Below are positions 25,656 through 39,521 of a stretch of 64,000 nt of DNA, in pieces. This DNA comes from Octopus vulgaris (taxonomy: Eukaryota). Each line of letters opens with the position of its first letter. Position 1 is the first letter of the stretch. The stretch lies in NCBI GenBank assembly GCA_951406725.2, contig OX597818.1, positions 112,840,001 through 112,904,000 of the forward strand, in the 5' to 3' direction. The notes below the pieces were generated by a model. It made no database searches. It worked only from the letters and a program-made list of their open reading frames with translations, and was not told where the DNA came from. Position numbers and translations under genes: made by a program.

Positions 25656-26099
25656 TTTTCGGGGGGGGGGGTCGAATTTGAAATTGAAACCAATGTTACG
25701 GCGTCAGTCATAAATCTCTTTTAAGATTAAATATTGCTATGGTAGGAGTTACTGTATTTTGCCGCATCTGAATACAACATAATGAACGGCAAACTATTTG
25801 GTTATTAACAATATATGATAATTAAACGCGTGAAATATAATAACCGTAGAATATAAATAAGGTTGAGTTGGATGCCTGCCTGATGAGAAAAGCTCTAATT
25901 CTCCGAATCGTAAAGCTTCAGATATATTCCACAAATGTGAAGCGGAATATTTCCGGAATGAGTTTGATATTACGTATGCTTCCACCAATAAAAAAAGACA
26001 TGGGATTAAGATTACTAATTTGGTGAGCAATGCAGTGCAAAGGAAATACGTAAAAGCGGATGCAAAATGCAGATGTGGACTCTATGACTGCACAACAAC

Positions 26100-26300
26100 G
26101 AATGGCTTAAGATTAGAGAACAAACGGCAGAGAGTAGTGGACTGATGGTCTCAGCCCTATATCAGAATATCACAAACAGATCCTATCACCATCACATCAA
26201 CGAGGATGGCACAAGCATACGTATCATGCAGGATTTGTGGAAAATAGGAAGAAATCCTTAGCCACATTTTCTCTAGATAGGGAGGTAGTAAGTACCGAAT
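26100..26300 (+). mobile_element. Highly decayed RLE-LINE CCHC-region fragment
   Basis: QNITNRSYHHHI…CRICGK*EEILSHIFS. Confidence 0.5.
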
Positions 26301-26374
26301 AAAACACAAGCTTATCGAGGCAGCAGCGAACCTAAATGTGAAATATATGCAGCAGTCATACGTACTTAAAATGT

Positions 26375-26560
26375 TTTCTACTATAGGTACAAGGCCTGAA
26401 ATTTTAGGAGAGAGGAATAGTTCGTTACATCGACCCCAGTACACAACTAGTACTTTATTTTTATAGATCCCAAGAGGTTGAATGGAAAAATCGACCACGA
26501 TGGAATTTGAACTCAGAATGTAAAGTCGGAAAAAATATTACTTAATATTTTGTTGGGTGT
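26375..26560 (-). mobile_element. SINE family A, diverged (tail variant B)
   Basis: ctactataggtacaaggcctgaaatttt…cgaccccagtac…ggaatttgaactcagaa. Confidence 0.75.
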
Positions 26561-26949
26561 GCTTTTGAAATTCACGTATGTACCAATATGAAAATGAACA
26601 AAGAGCATCGATCCATCTAAATGGTAAGATGAATTATTCTGTAGCTTAGTTCGTCCTTAATTTAAACTTTAGCTACACATACCGAAAACCTGTCATTGCT
26701 ATCCAATCACGAATTAGCTACTCCCACACAAGCTACGCATGGGCGCGTGAACTTATTCAAATTTCTCTCTGTACATTACTCTAGAAAACTATAGCAATAT
26801 GGCTTCATACCGTAAGCCGATGACCTTGCACGAAAGGAGATCTCAGGCCAGGTGGATCTACACAGTCTCTTCTAAATAATGTCATGTTGGATAAAAGGAG
26901 GAATGTGTGATTGAGAAGGTTATTCTATTCTTAATGTGTATTTCTGCTG

Positions 26950-27088
26950 GGCGGCGAGAGCTGGCAGAAACGTTAGCACGCCGGGCGAAATGCGTAGCAG
27001 TATTTCGTCTGCCGTTATGCTCTGAGTTCAAATTCCGCCGAGGTCGACTTTGCCTTTAATATTTTCGGGGGTCGATAAATTAAGTATC
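26950..27088 (+). mobile_element. SINE family A, 3'-truncated
   Basis: ggcggcgagagctggcagaaacgttagcacgccgggcg…gtcgataaattaagta. Confidence 0.9.
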
Positions 27089-27099
27089 AGATTTGTGTC

Positions 27100-28330
27100 A
27101 CAAATCGAATTTCTGATTTCTTCCTTCTCTCTCTTCAAGCAATATCAAACAGGTGATATTTGACTAATTTGGATCAATACTTCTAAAGACAAATTTTTTT
27201 AGCTCATCTCTTCAAATGATAAGATTGTTTTTGTCGTCACGAAAAACAGTCTGCAGCAGCCACCAAATCTTAACTTCTGGTGGAATAATCACCGCATTCA
27301 TATTTTCACGTAGTTTGCACATATTTGATGAGATGAGGATAAATTCTTCATAAAGTTTACCATATTTCTTATCTCAAGTAACAAGGCGGCGAACTGGCAG
27401 AAATGTTAGCACGCCGGCCGTAATGCTTAGCCGTATTTCGTCTGCCGTTACGTTCTGTGTTCAAATTCCGCCGAGGTCTACTTTGCCTTTCATCCTTTCG
27501 GGGTCGATTAAATAAATACCAGTTTCGCACCGGGGTCGATATAATCGACTTAATCCCTTTATCTCTCCTTGTATGTCCCCTCTATGTTTAGCCCCATGTG
27601 GGCAATAAAGAAATAAATATCCTTTTATCTCAAGTAACAAATAATTTTGTTTCCCTACAGGTTCCGCCTGCTCGTAGATAGGGATTTTAAACTTGCGACT
27701 CTTCCCGCTAACGCAACGGCTGCAGAACAGTGACTGGTTCTGCCGATACAATGTCTGAATAACACTTGCTTTACATTTCTTTACTTCTTCCTTTTGAAAT
27801 GTGATTAACTTCTATTACATTTTTCTCCCTGTGTCTCGATCTGCCTTTTGCAAAATATACCACGGCTTTAGCAATTTTGCTTTGCGTTTTATATTTCCAT
27901 TTGCAACTGTTTCTGCCTTCGGTGGTGATAGACGGGAAGTCTCCAGTTGAGTTAGTAGTTGTGTTGGTATTGTTTTCTCAGCAGAGAATTTTTCTGTTGA
28001 TTGTTATCTGTTGGTGGAGTGGAAGTGAAAGAGGTTAGAGAGAGTGAGTTTACAGTCGTATTAATGATTTTTCTATGAATTAGTCTGTCCTGCTGTCAGA
28101 GATGATGTTTTGGTTAAGCAAGTAGATGGTATTGCTGCTCTTGTCGCAGCTGCCGATTTTTATCGCTGCCGTTGTGTTGGTGGTGGCAGTGGTGGTGTTT
28201 AGCTGTTTGTTGCTGCTGCTACTACTATCCTTTCTTTCCGTCGACGGCGTAATTGCTGCTGGTAGCGACGATTAGGTTTACACTCATTAGTGTTGGGAAT
28301 GAGGCGCCAAGAAGCGTCGTTCTATTATCT
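27100..28330 (-). mobile_element. Probable N-terminal half of a third gag-like ORF1 relic, interrupted by SINE-A
   Basis: Minus-strand remnants: a Thr/Ala/Asn-rich low-complexity start, AKLLKPWYILQKAD, and VIIPPEVKIWWLLQTV resembling VGKVPPELKEALLMLAI of the 21-kb copy. Confidence 0.45.
27383..27624 (+). mobile_element. SINE family A, full length with 16-bp TSD
   Basis: TSD ttatctcaagtaacaa at 27369-27384 and 27625-27640. Confidence 0.95.
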
Positions 28331-28561
28331 TGTTAAAAACTCTGTCACCACAATTTGATGACTTTAATAGTTATGTTTCAAAAAAGTGCCAAAATCTGCT
28401 ACGGAATCAATACGGTGTTACAACCTTTGCCAATTTCAAAGGAATTTACGTGCGATTCGAAAGGAAAACTTGGCTGATGCAAAAGTACAATATTAATAAT
28501 TTATATTTTATTTAGACAATGAAGATGATGAGGATGATACTCATACTACTCCTAATTATAA

Positions 28562-28777
28562 TGGTTTCAAATTTAGGCACAATACCAGCAATTTCGTGTG
28601 AGTGGGTAAGTCGACTGAAGCGACACTACAGCTCAAATGATATTTATTTTATGGATCCCAAAGGATGAAAGGCAAACACGACCTCAGCAGAATTTAAACT
28701 GAGGACTGGAAAACGGACAAAATACCGCTAGCATTTTGCCCATTGTGCTACTAAGATTCTGCCAGAATGTCGCCTTT
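28562..28777 (-). mobile_element. SINE family A, diverged
   Basis: aaggatgaaaggcaaacacgacctcagcagaattt…gattctgccagaatgtcgcctt. Confidence 0.75.
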
Positions 28778-28959
28778 GATAATTATAATAATAAGACAAC
28801 AAACATTACAGACACTAATACAACAAATGGAAACAGAATTGAAAGAAGATGCTTATGAAAATAATAATAATAAACAGATTACCGCCGGGACATTTAACGA
28901 GATTACACCGGGGACGTGCAATGAGATTACACCGGCATAATTAAAAAGTCTAAGAAAAG

Positions 28960-29620
28960 CAAAGATTGACAAGACTCTATCAGATCGCAAATGTAGTAAC
29001 TGCGGGAAAGGAAACGAGAGTATCAATCACCTTTTGAATGAGTACATTATAGTAGCAAATAAGGATTATTAGCACAGACATTTCTGTCTAGGCAAAAGTG
29101 TGCATTGGGATGTTAGCTGAGTGTGAGGGTTCAAAACTACTGAAATGTGGTTTGAACAGGAACGAGAGGCTGTAATAGAAAATAGGAATTGTAAGTCCTT
29201 GTGGGGACTTCCCCATAAAAACTGACCCTACTATTGAAGCATGAAGGACAGACATGATAATAGAGGACAAAATGAACGATGTAAAATCATAGATTTACTA
29301 ATTCCCATTGATAGCAGAGTCTATTTTTCAAAATTCGAGAAATGTCAAAATATTGAGAATTTTCTAAAAAATTGAGAAATGTCAAAATCTAGACAGAGAG
29401 GTGGGGAGACTGTGGAAGTCCAAGACAACAATTATTCCTATAGTATTTGGTGTATTTGGCAAAACACTCAAGATACTGCCTCAAGGAATGAAAGAGTCTG
29501 GAATTGAAAGTCGAATTGTCGACCTGTAGAAATTTACCATCCTATATATTCTACAAGAATTCTAAAAAAAGATCCTTGAGATTTGAGGAGACATCTTGTC
29601 ACTAAACCGCAAGATAAAAT
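28960..29620 (+). pseudogene. R4/Dong-type LINE C-terminal (CCHC/RLE) remnant
   Basis: CSNCGKGNESINHLLNE; LWDFPIKTD…RTDMII; IIPIVFGVFG; preceded by (ATA)n. Confidence 0.7.
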
Positions 29621-31325
29621 ACTAAATGATTTGCATACACTAGCGGAATAATAGCATAATTACAATTCTTAAATATAGCATGTAGCGATTAAGATACGCT
29701 GAATTGTACGGAGTTTATAACAATATTCAATAATAGAATTGCGATTCCCTAGTTTATTTGACCCTGGCAAAAATATATGAATTACAGAGTATTTCGAAAA
29801 TAATTTTTTACTATATTTGTAAATCTTGAAGAAATTTTGTTCGTACGATGTTAATGAATAATTTTGTTTTTTCGTATGGCAGGAAACATTTTAGCTAAAA
29901 CAATTATAACATTTATACATTCCACCAGACTTTTTAAATTATAATTAATATGGTAGCTAAATGTAACCATCTAATTTAAAACACAGAATACGTGTAATTA
30001 TAACCAAAAATATGTGTAATAAATGTACCGGCTACATTATAATTCAAGTACATTTTGAAATCTTATTTTAAAAAATATTTTCCATTCCTGTATTTCTGCA
30101 TTTTAACTCATTATTCTCAATTAAGATAACTGCATTTCTATTTCATGCTTGTTTTAATTTCCTAATTTAATTTTCTTAAAAATTTAATAGGATAATTTAT
30201 CTAATTTTATTTTGCAGTCTTAGAATCTATAAACTAACGGACATATTGTAATTAATTGTGAAGAGCAGCTCTCATAATGTTTTCTACTTAATGAGTACAT
30301 TTCCATCATGACAATATTTGTATATCTGCACGTTGTTGACGTTCAGCTATTTGCTTTCTATCATTTTATTACAAACAGTGCATCAATTCATTATCAACAT
30401 TGTAATCGATGAAAGATATTTAGTATTGCATTTGAATAAGAAATTGTGTACGAAGCAATATCAGGAAAGTGAATAAATTGTTTCAGTATCGCTGTTGCAT
30501 TGCTCGAATTTCATAATAACCTGGTTATTATTTCGCTAACATTTACAGACATAACATATTTATATAAAGGATACCGTAGAATAATCATTGCAGATTATCT
30601 TGTATGATCGTCTTTGTTTCAGTACAAACTAATTTATATAATAATACGTTAATTCAATAAATGCTATAATTTTAATATTAACTTCTATTATGCAAGCCAC
30701 AACGAAAGATATCGATAGTTTTAGAGGAAATTTAATGTATAAACAGATATAAAATTTCTCTGTCTACATAATTTATCCCAAACACACAAAAAGTAATAAT
30801 TGGAGTTAGTTTAATTCTTCCATTAAGATTTCAATAAAACGTTCACACCTGCATTTATCTGCGAAGATATTAGTTATAATCACTCTATAGTTAATTAAAA
30901 TGGATAGATGCACGATTCATTAAAGTTGATTGTTTGGGAATATAAATATAATTGTGAGTTGCGAGTACTCTGATTTGATATTACTTCGCAAAGTGGATTG
31001 TATCGCTAGAAATCTTCCCAACACTGTATGCGATGTCTGAGTTAAGCATCTTGCCTGCAGGGACAATATTTATTTATCAACGGAATAGTCATCTTAGTTT
31101 ACTATCCTTTGCTACGTATTTATGGACGAGTGAGTTATCTCATTTAATTGTACACTACGATAATTTTATAAATCGAATATTATCAAGATATTCATAAAAC
31201 TCCAAACATCACTGCATATATAAGGCGTTCAAGGCAGCAGGTAACGATAATAACATACAGGTGAATTCAACGTTTTTTGCTGCTTGCCAAACACAGCATT
31301 GACTCACATAAACACCGCGGTGGTA

Positions 31326-31532
31326 CAGTAATCCCTCGACTATCACGGGTGTTACGTTCCAAGACCTCTCACAGAAATAATTAAAATCTATAAAAGCATA
31401 AATACCTATTGGCCGCAGAAACCCGCGATATACTGAGGAGTCCGCGATATAAATTTACATATATTAGCCAGGAAAAATCAGCGATGTACTGAGTGCACGA
31501 TAGGTGAACCGCGATATGGTGAGGTATTGTTG
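31326..31532. mobile_element. pogo/Tigger-like MITE
   Basis: TA dinucleotides on both sides (31324-25, 31533-34); imperfect TIRs CAGTAATCCCTCGACTATCACGG and reverse-complement CAACAATACCTCACCATATCGCGG; internal repeated CGCGATAT motifs. Confidence 0.75.
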
Positions 31533-33049
31533 TATACAAAATATACCCGTAGGTATAAAAATAAGGATCTAAAGGATACTCTTCAATACTGTGTTGAGAT
31601 TTCATTGCTGACATATAAAGGAAATTGAAGTTAATACCGACCAGAAATATTTTCGGTCCATGTATATATTGCATATACAGATAAGGTGTTGGCACTCGTC
31701 CTTGCGTATTATTTTGATAAAAATCTACATTTTGTAGTGCTGTGTTTTCAAAAGCAAATGAAATTATACAAATGAGAGCATGAAATATATGTGATCATCT
31801 TGAACATTTTAAGCTCTGTCTAAAACAATATTCGGAATACTAATGTCAAAATGTTCGTAAAAAGTATCCGTAATACCCTCCCAAGCGAACAAATGTATTC
31901 CAGGCGTCATGTTATTTAATAACAACCACAACGTTTTCAACCTATGATAGACATTTGTTTTTTCTTTCTATTACATTTTCATCACAGCCAACGGAGAAGC
32001 TTTGTTTTACATATTTCATGATTGCCTAACAGCACTATATTAATGACTGGATGCATAATGTATAACAATTTGTATTACAAATTTGAAAAACCAGGGCTTT
32101 TTTTACAGCGCATTCTAGTCGGATACTTAAATATGATTGCGTTTTCCCAGTATGGTTGTGTAGAACAACATCAGAACACATATGTTTCACCTTGAGCACG
32201 ATCATATTTCTAAACACAATTTTTATGTTTACAAAATGTTATCAGGTCTTAATATTTGATTGATAAACCTGAAAGCAGATAAAGTTCATAGTATGTTGAC
32301 TTTATTCTAAACTTAAAACGTGATATCCTTTTGACTTAGATGAGACAATAAAAGCTTTAAACAATGTCATGGCAAACTGCTCTGTTATACCTTATGCAGT
32401 AAACAAAATCGATATGCAGCATTTTATAACGATCACCGACAATTTCTCTATTGTCGAATTAACCTTTGGTCAGATAATGGATTTGTCTCATGAAACTAAG
32501 AATGGTAAGATTATTTCATACAAGATAATAAAGAGAGCTACGTACTTAAATACGAACAGAATGGTTGTGAAATATTTATATAAACAATGATGAACAATTT
32601 TCTGTCTCAAATTTCTGATTTATGGTAAAGCATTCACACACTAATAGCAGTTGAATTAACCATGTACTGTTTTTATCTTTTTCCCTTATACCAACGATTG
32701 ATACAAATCCATTGACATGTTGCATGTTTCTTTTTTCATATTCACATTACATGTTACACACTTGCAGCTTACTGTTTTGATCTGTAGTTTTTTTTTTCAA
32801 TGAAGCCTGCCTAGCGTGACAATTAACTTCTACTTCTACGAAGCAGATTCTAAACTAAACCTGATATATTTTTACAAGTTATCTGTAAACAAGCATATCG
32901 TTATTAGTTTACCAGTTCGTCTAAAGCTTGTTATGAATATTACTCCAGTTTATCATTTAGACGTAAACTTTTAAAATAGTAATACATTAGTTAATAGTAC
33001 GCAGCCGTTCTTTTGTGTTGCGGACGTAACAAATATTTCATGGTAAATC

Positions 33050-33270
33050 AAAGCAACAAGCCGGCAGAATCATTAGCACAAAGCACAGAATGCTTGGTGG
33101 TATTTCGTCTGTCTTTTTGTTCTGAGTTCATATTCCACCGAGTGCAACTTAGCATTTCATCGTTTCGAAGTCAATGAAAAATGTAATTACAAGTTGAGGA
33201 ATTGCGTCGAAGTAATTGACTTACTCCCTCCCCCGAAATTGCTGGCCTTGTACCCAAATTTGAAACCAAT
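33050..33270 (+). mobile_element. SINE family A, old copy
   Basis: ggcagaatcattagcac…gtatttcgtctgtc…tctgagttca…cccgaaattgctggccttgtacccaaatttgaaacc. Confidence 0.75.
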
Positions 33271-35026
33271 ATAATATTGCAAATTATATATTAGTTTGGC
33301 TTAGCATGCATCTAATATCAACAGTTATCTCTAGTAAGTAATATCTTCAAGCAAATGCAAAATTCCTTAATATCAATATGATACGTGAGTGGACGGAATG
33401 ATGCAATCTCAGGAAGAAAATTAAATTTATTTGATTAGTATTTAATTATCGATTTTCTATCATATCTGAATTATTTCCAAAGATAAAAACCCATGGCTCA
33501 TTGTTCATGAATAGAGATATTTAATTAGATTATCTGAGAACAACTTATTTTATAAGTTGTTCAGCAACATTCATTGACTCAATGAAGTTGAAATAGAACT
33601 GAAGTAATTCAATTCTCAGAAAGGATAGCAACGTCCTTTTTCAATATATATTTATCCTCAAGAATATTTCCTAATTAAGACACTTTGTCAATAAACTCCC
33701 GCACATAACTGTTTTTCACTTGTTTCTCACACATTGCTAATGCTTTATAAATACAAGGTATAGTTTTATGAATCAAAGTATGCACTTCTTTTGTCAATAT
33801 ACTTTTGCCATTTCAGCGGTGTCTTGTCCAGCCCGAAACTGTAAAAGCCTGGCAATCTGTATGTGTGTGGCTAAACACCATTTTGCGTCAGTATTTCGTT
33901 GAAGACGTCTGAAGATGTAGAGCGTAGAAAATAAAGAGTATAATTCAAAATCAAGCGAAACGAACCGCCACAGAAATGAACGAGAACGACAAATATAGAT
34001 ATTCTCTAGTTTTGCTGCTCATCGTCTCTGTATAATCGATTCACCCACGTGACGAACTCTAGGTCCAAAATATATAGACATAGCGTAAAATGTATCTGAT
34101 GATGTGCTTCAGCGCCACATAAATGAAACATTATTCAATTATTGTGTTAGAACCAGCTCTATAATCTAAAAGCTATCAAAGTTACATACTTCATATGTGT
34201 TGTTAAACGCTTTTATGCTGTAGTATTTCACCCAAGAATGGTCCATTTATTGTTTAGATTAAATGAAATCCTGTTCACAACTTCATATTTTTCTGAAGGG
34301 ATTGATATATCGATATATGCTTCAATATATGTAAAATTTCATTCAATTCTCCACTACACACTTATTGGACTATTCTATTTAGTCAGACTGCATATTGCTT
34401 TATAATACTGACTATACGATTGCTAATTATTTTAGTATAAAAATATGCACAAAATAACATAATTCTATCAAACATTTATATGAACTAACGTCACGATATT
34501 TTACGAGCATTTCGTCTCATAATCTAATACTGTAACTTTAAATCTGATATTGGCTTTTAATGCATTTTCGAAAGTAAGTCGAAATAATGAATGACGTCAA
34601 AGAATTCAATGTACAGAGGTACGTTTCCATGGTAGTATTCTTGAATGTACCTTCATAGTTATACATGGAGCAAATACAAACTAAACTATCAGAAACATGT
34701 TTCTAGAAAATGTATTTAAGTACCAGCTTCTAATACCATATGTATTGCGAGAAGTCTATATTTGGTGATTGTTTAGGTATCTTGTGTTTCAGAAATCGTG
34801 ATTCAGCATGGGATTTCGTAACGGGAAAATTATTTTTCATCAATTCATATAGAAATAAATGATCATGGAATTCTATAAAAATTTCTTTAGCTCTTCCCAT
34901 TCATCATTCAACAAAATGTTGAGGAAAATAACGCTTCCTTAACGCAGGGCTATAGTTTCCTAGGTGTCCACAAATGACAAAAAAAAATTGCTGTACTTAT
35001 GAATTATGTCACAAGGTATGTGACAA

Positions 35027-35170
35027 GGCAAGGTCGACCTCGGTGGTATTTGAACTCAGACGAAACGGTGCTAAGAATATTTCCTGGCGTGCTAACTGTT
35101 CTAGTATCTCGCCGCTTTGGTGGATGAGTAAATAGTTAAAACAAAAAGGGTTGATTTTGTTAAATTTATG
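35027..35170 (-). repeat. Left arm of inverted duplication (5' half of SINE-A plus unique flank)
   Basis: Near-identical reverse complement of 37258-37399, including about 50 bp of non-SINE sequence. Confidence 0.85.
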
Positions 35171-36444
35171 CAGCAGTCTCACACCCTATAAAGAAAGGTC
35201 AAGCCTCATTGTATTGTTAATGTGGATGAAGAAGAAGGTTTCGTCTGTCTCAAGAAAGAGCAGTTCATTGTGTAATATTTTTACATAATCAACGGATCCT
35301 GGGGTCACGATATACGAAGCTGGTACAGTCGTAGTATTCAGTATACCAAACATAGAATCAAATAAGTTTAATACTATACTTTTATAAATATGGTGATGTC
35401 TTTGTTGAATAGATGGAGAACTCCAGGATATGTTTTAGTCATTCTATGCTGTTAAGGTAATATAATGATATTAGAAGTAATGAATAGTCATTTTATATGT
35501 ATTTTACTTGAAAGCATACCATTATTTCTATTGGTGAATATATTTTATTTTATTTTTTGTGTGAAAAAAATATATTCTTTCGGTGAAAAGACACGTTTCT
35601 ATACGGAGTTAGAGTGAGAGAGGGAGTGAGTGAGTGAGAGTCAGAATGTCATCCATGATATCACTTGAAACAGCAGCGGGAATGATTCGCGAGACATAGG
35701 GGCCTTAGGCAGAGTTTTACGTAGGCGCCCACAACTCGTCTCTGTTTCTACCCCAAGCATTAAGTTACGCCTTTCAAATAAACTTTGAAGGATACTTTTT
35801 AAGTAAACAACATTCAGTTTATATTTTGTTATTCATGTTGCTCATAAACATCTGCCACTCATTCAGCTGATGTCACTTGTTAAGTGTTCGTAAGATTCAT
35901 TAAAAATCTGTATGGATGATTCTAACCGCATGAAACCGTCCTTCTCTTTAGCCGTGATGATAACGGCAATCTTGCTGCATTTATCGTGATAGGTAGAGGC
36001 AGAAGGTGTCTGAGTTAGTATACTAATTGATTTGGATATAGCTCGTTGAAATGGGTAATTGCAAGGGGAGAGTTTTGAAGTGATAGACATTATATTTATG
36101 AGACATGAGACTAGTTAGTCCGCCTCATGGTCCCGGTGGATGGCAAGGGAAATGCGCAAGAACAGCCACGCCAACACACAGGGCCTGCACTTGCAGATAG
36201 CAGTGAGAAGGGCCTGTTGTCCCGGCTCCAAGAACTCCGGATATCTCCAACTACATCAAGTTCGACCAAAGAATTGTCTAAGAGCGACCGATACGAAAAG
36301 CAAAGTGTGGGGTGGTGTCGCAGAATGTGGAATTCCTGATGAGGGTGAGTCAACCGTCGCCGCATGAGATAATTGTCATTCCGTCTATTCTTTTACAGTC
36401 TACTTTGTCCAGACCCGATGACTCGAGCCGATGTAACAACTGTC

Positions 36445-36850
36445 TCTTTTACTCTTTTACTTGTTTCAGTCATTTGACTGTGACCATGCTGGAGCACCGC
36501 CTTTAGTAGAGCAACTCGACCCCGGGACTTATTCTTTGTAAGTCCAGTACTTATTCTATCGGTCTCTTTTGCCGAACCGCTAAGTGACGGGGACATAAAC
36601 ACACCAGCATCGGTTGTCAAGCAATGCTAGAGGGACAAACACAGACACACAAACCTACACGCACATACATATATACACATATATATACGACGGGCTTCTT
36701 TCAGTTTCCGTCTACCAAATCCACTCACAAGGCTTTGGTCAGCCCGAGGTTATAGTAGAAGACATTTACCCAAGGTGCCACGCAGTGGAACTGAACCCGG
36801 AACCATGTGGTTGATAAGCAAGCTACTTACCACACAGCCAATCCTGCGCC
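36445..36850 (-). mobile_element. SINE family B, full length
   Basis: tRNA-like head, CORE-like gcaccttgggtaaatgtcttc, internal (TA/TG) spacer, tail gcggtgctccagcatggtcacagtcaaatgactgaaacaagtaaaagag. Confidence 0.92.
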
Positions 36851-37311
36851 TATGTCATATATGATTCAATAGTTTTCATATACGATTTAAGCGAAATTGT
36901 ATATTTCTGTGTTGCAAATTGACAAGTTGCTCACCATTCGTGGTTTGTTGGCACCGGAGCGCCATTTATTCGATAAACTTGTTTCACAAATGGTATTTGT
37001 GTCTTTATAAAATTCACACTTATCTGATTTCGGCTTTGTACAGTCTAAAATATATCCATATTTCCATTTGCTTTATGAACTGTTTAATCCAGTGGTTCAA
37101 TTAACTGCAATATCATATACATACCACATTCCGCATATCACAATAAAACTTACCAAAACTTGATGCCAATGGACAACTTGAGTGATATACATTGTCTATC
37201 TTACTTGTCGAATGTGTTTGAGAATTTATACACTTTGTCATACACACAATTGCATAATACATACATTTAACAAAATCAACCATTTTTCTTTTAACTATTA
37301 ACTTCTCCACG

Positions 37312-37470
37312 AAAGCGGCGAGATAGAACAGTTAGCACGCCAGGAAATATTCTTAGCATCGTTTCGTCTGAGTTCAAATACCACCGAGGTCGACCTTCCT
37401 TTTTATAATTTTGGGACGATAAAATAAGTACAATATCCAGCATTGGGGTGGACGTGGTCGACTTACCTCC
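37312..37470 (+). mobile_element. SINE family A copy forming part of the right arm of the inverted duplication
   Basis: aaagcggcgagatagaacagttagcacgccagg…gagttcaaataccaccgaggtcgacc. Confidence 0.85.
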
Positions 37471-38008
37471 TTCAAATGGTAATGATATCGCTATGGGCTC
37501 CTCGTGAACAGTCATCTAAAAACTTGTTGTGCATTTTGTTGGCGAAATAAGTTCTTGGATTTTCCTGAAGAGAAAACTGCATAATGTACTCCTTATTCAT
37601 TCGGAATTAGGGATTTTGCAGACTTCGAAACATATGTCGAAAATAAAATAAAGGAATTTTGTTAAATCTTCGTTCAGCTCCATTCTTTCCTATACTTATT
37701 ATATTAAATTAAACTTCAAATTTCCGCACTAAGGCACGGAGTATATGCCCTATGGTCGTAACTTCAACCATGTTCTTTCTGTTGTGAGTTTGCTACCCAG
37801 GTATCGATTGTCTTTCGAATTATCCGTAATAAGATAATTCATTTACGACGCGAATGAGTGCTCAACACTGCACTGGTAGATAGAATTCCTTTATTCGTGT
37901 ATTAAAGCTACCATTGGTTTCAATTGAAGAAGAATACCTTCATATCGAAACAAATTTTCTTAAGAAATCCTAACATATTTTCTTAACATAAAACCAATGG
38001 TAGCTTTG

Positions 38009-38060
<52 letters not shown>

Positions 38061-38595
38061 ATACATATATATATATATAAAAGTATGTATGTATGTATGA
38101 CTGTATGTGTGTATGTCTCTATGCATGTATTTATGCGTGACCGTCTGTGTGCGTGTGTGTATGTGTATGTTGTAAATAGATGCCATCTCTACAATGACCT
38201 CATCATAAATTTAAATATATTTCATTGTTTATGATTATAAATCTTGTTGCTCTTCATATCTTTAAAATCAGAATATATTACAATATATTACAATAAATTA
38301 TAGCCTAGTCTATCTCATCATTTTGTGACATTCCAAGTTATTGTAATTAAAGAAATTAAAAGTTGCCAATGTGAATTGGAAGTAAAAATCTTCGAATATT
38401 ATTTGTGTCACAAAAGTAATGAAATATCTGAACTAAATCATGAGAAAAAAGCATTAAGCAAACTTATAAATACGAATTTATTTCTTCTTTACATATTTAT
38501 TATTATGTCATTATTAATAAATCGGATTAGAACAATTTAATTCTAAGTCAAGAAACGAAGTGGAAATGCATCGTTTTAAACCTGGTTATTAGTAT

Positions 38596-38613
38596 TTTAT
38601 TATTATTATTATA

Positions 38614-38688
<75 letters not shown>

Positions 38689-38700
38689 ATTGTTATTATT
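38596..38700. repeat. (ATT)n microsatellite
   Basis: Directly visible. Confidence 0.95.
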
Positions 38701-39521
38701 AATAAATTTTGTGCAATTTATATATAAAAAGTTGACCAAAATTTAGATATAAATTATACGGAATATTAATTTAATAAAATATTTTCGAAAGATATTAGAT
38801 GTAACACATTTTTCATACGAAACGAATTAATAAATGAGCTCAATGTAAACTAGTTGTTTTATTTAGTAGAAAACTCTACTGTAAATCCTGAAACCTAGTT
38901 CAAACATCTAACAGTGAGTTTATATTGCATTGGTAGATAATTTCAATATTTGCTTCTTTCAAAACGTTTACCATGAAGTTAGATAAATTTTATATAAAAT
39001 ATGCAGCTTTCAGCAAATAAGTTAAGAGATTATCTGAGCAGTGAAAGTAAATACAATTTTCGAATGCCACTCAATTATCACAACATACATCCTCCGAGCG
39101 TTTCTCATATGTCATAAATGGCAATTTTGCTTTCGTACAATAAAGAACGGGTATTGTTGAAATTTGCTCTGCATCAAGGAGCAGATACAGAAATACTGTT
39201 TTCCTTGGTATGGTCTGAAGTTACAAAATTCATTTTATATGAGTATACCCTATACATTTTGTTTTTGTACAATGGTTACGATACTCCATTCTATGTAATG
39301 CTTCTTCCGCATCTTTCATGCTGCAGACGAATTTATAAAGCATAGACAGCTTTTACTGAAAGACCCAATAAATATGTTGTAATAGACTAGGCTTTGACTA
39401 TATTTCCAGTAACGCCGATTTATATCTTCATGGTTTTATCAATGTCACAGAAACCGGTTTCTAATACCAGTCGCTTCTCTGTTAACTGCTATTTAGACCT
39501 CACTTGATAGTGTGTCTGAAA

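Noticed and set aside
25876-25915. ctgatgag…ttctccgaatcgta hammerhead-like string (similar string at about 34095)
   Set aside because: Stems are inconsistent and there is no flanking stem I; compatible with chance in AT-rich DNA.
28877-28937. Three short spaced repeats (gagattacaccgg) as a CRISPR-like array
   Set aside because: Only three degenerate units of about 24 bp with very short spacers, in eukaryotic TE context with no cas genes; a simple tandem duplication.
36325-36385. Hammerhead candidate (cctgatgagggtga…tcgcc…gtcattcc)
   Set aside because: CUGAUGA and a possible stem II exist, but the GAAA box is missing and stem I is offset; no second copy supports it.
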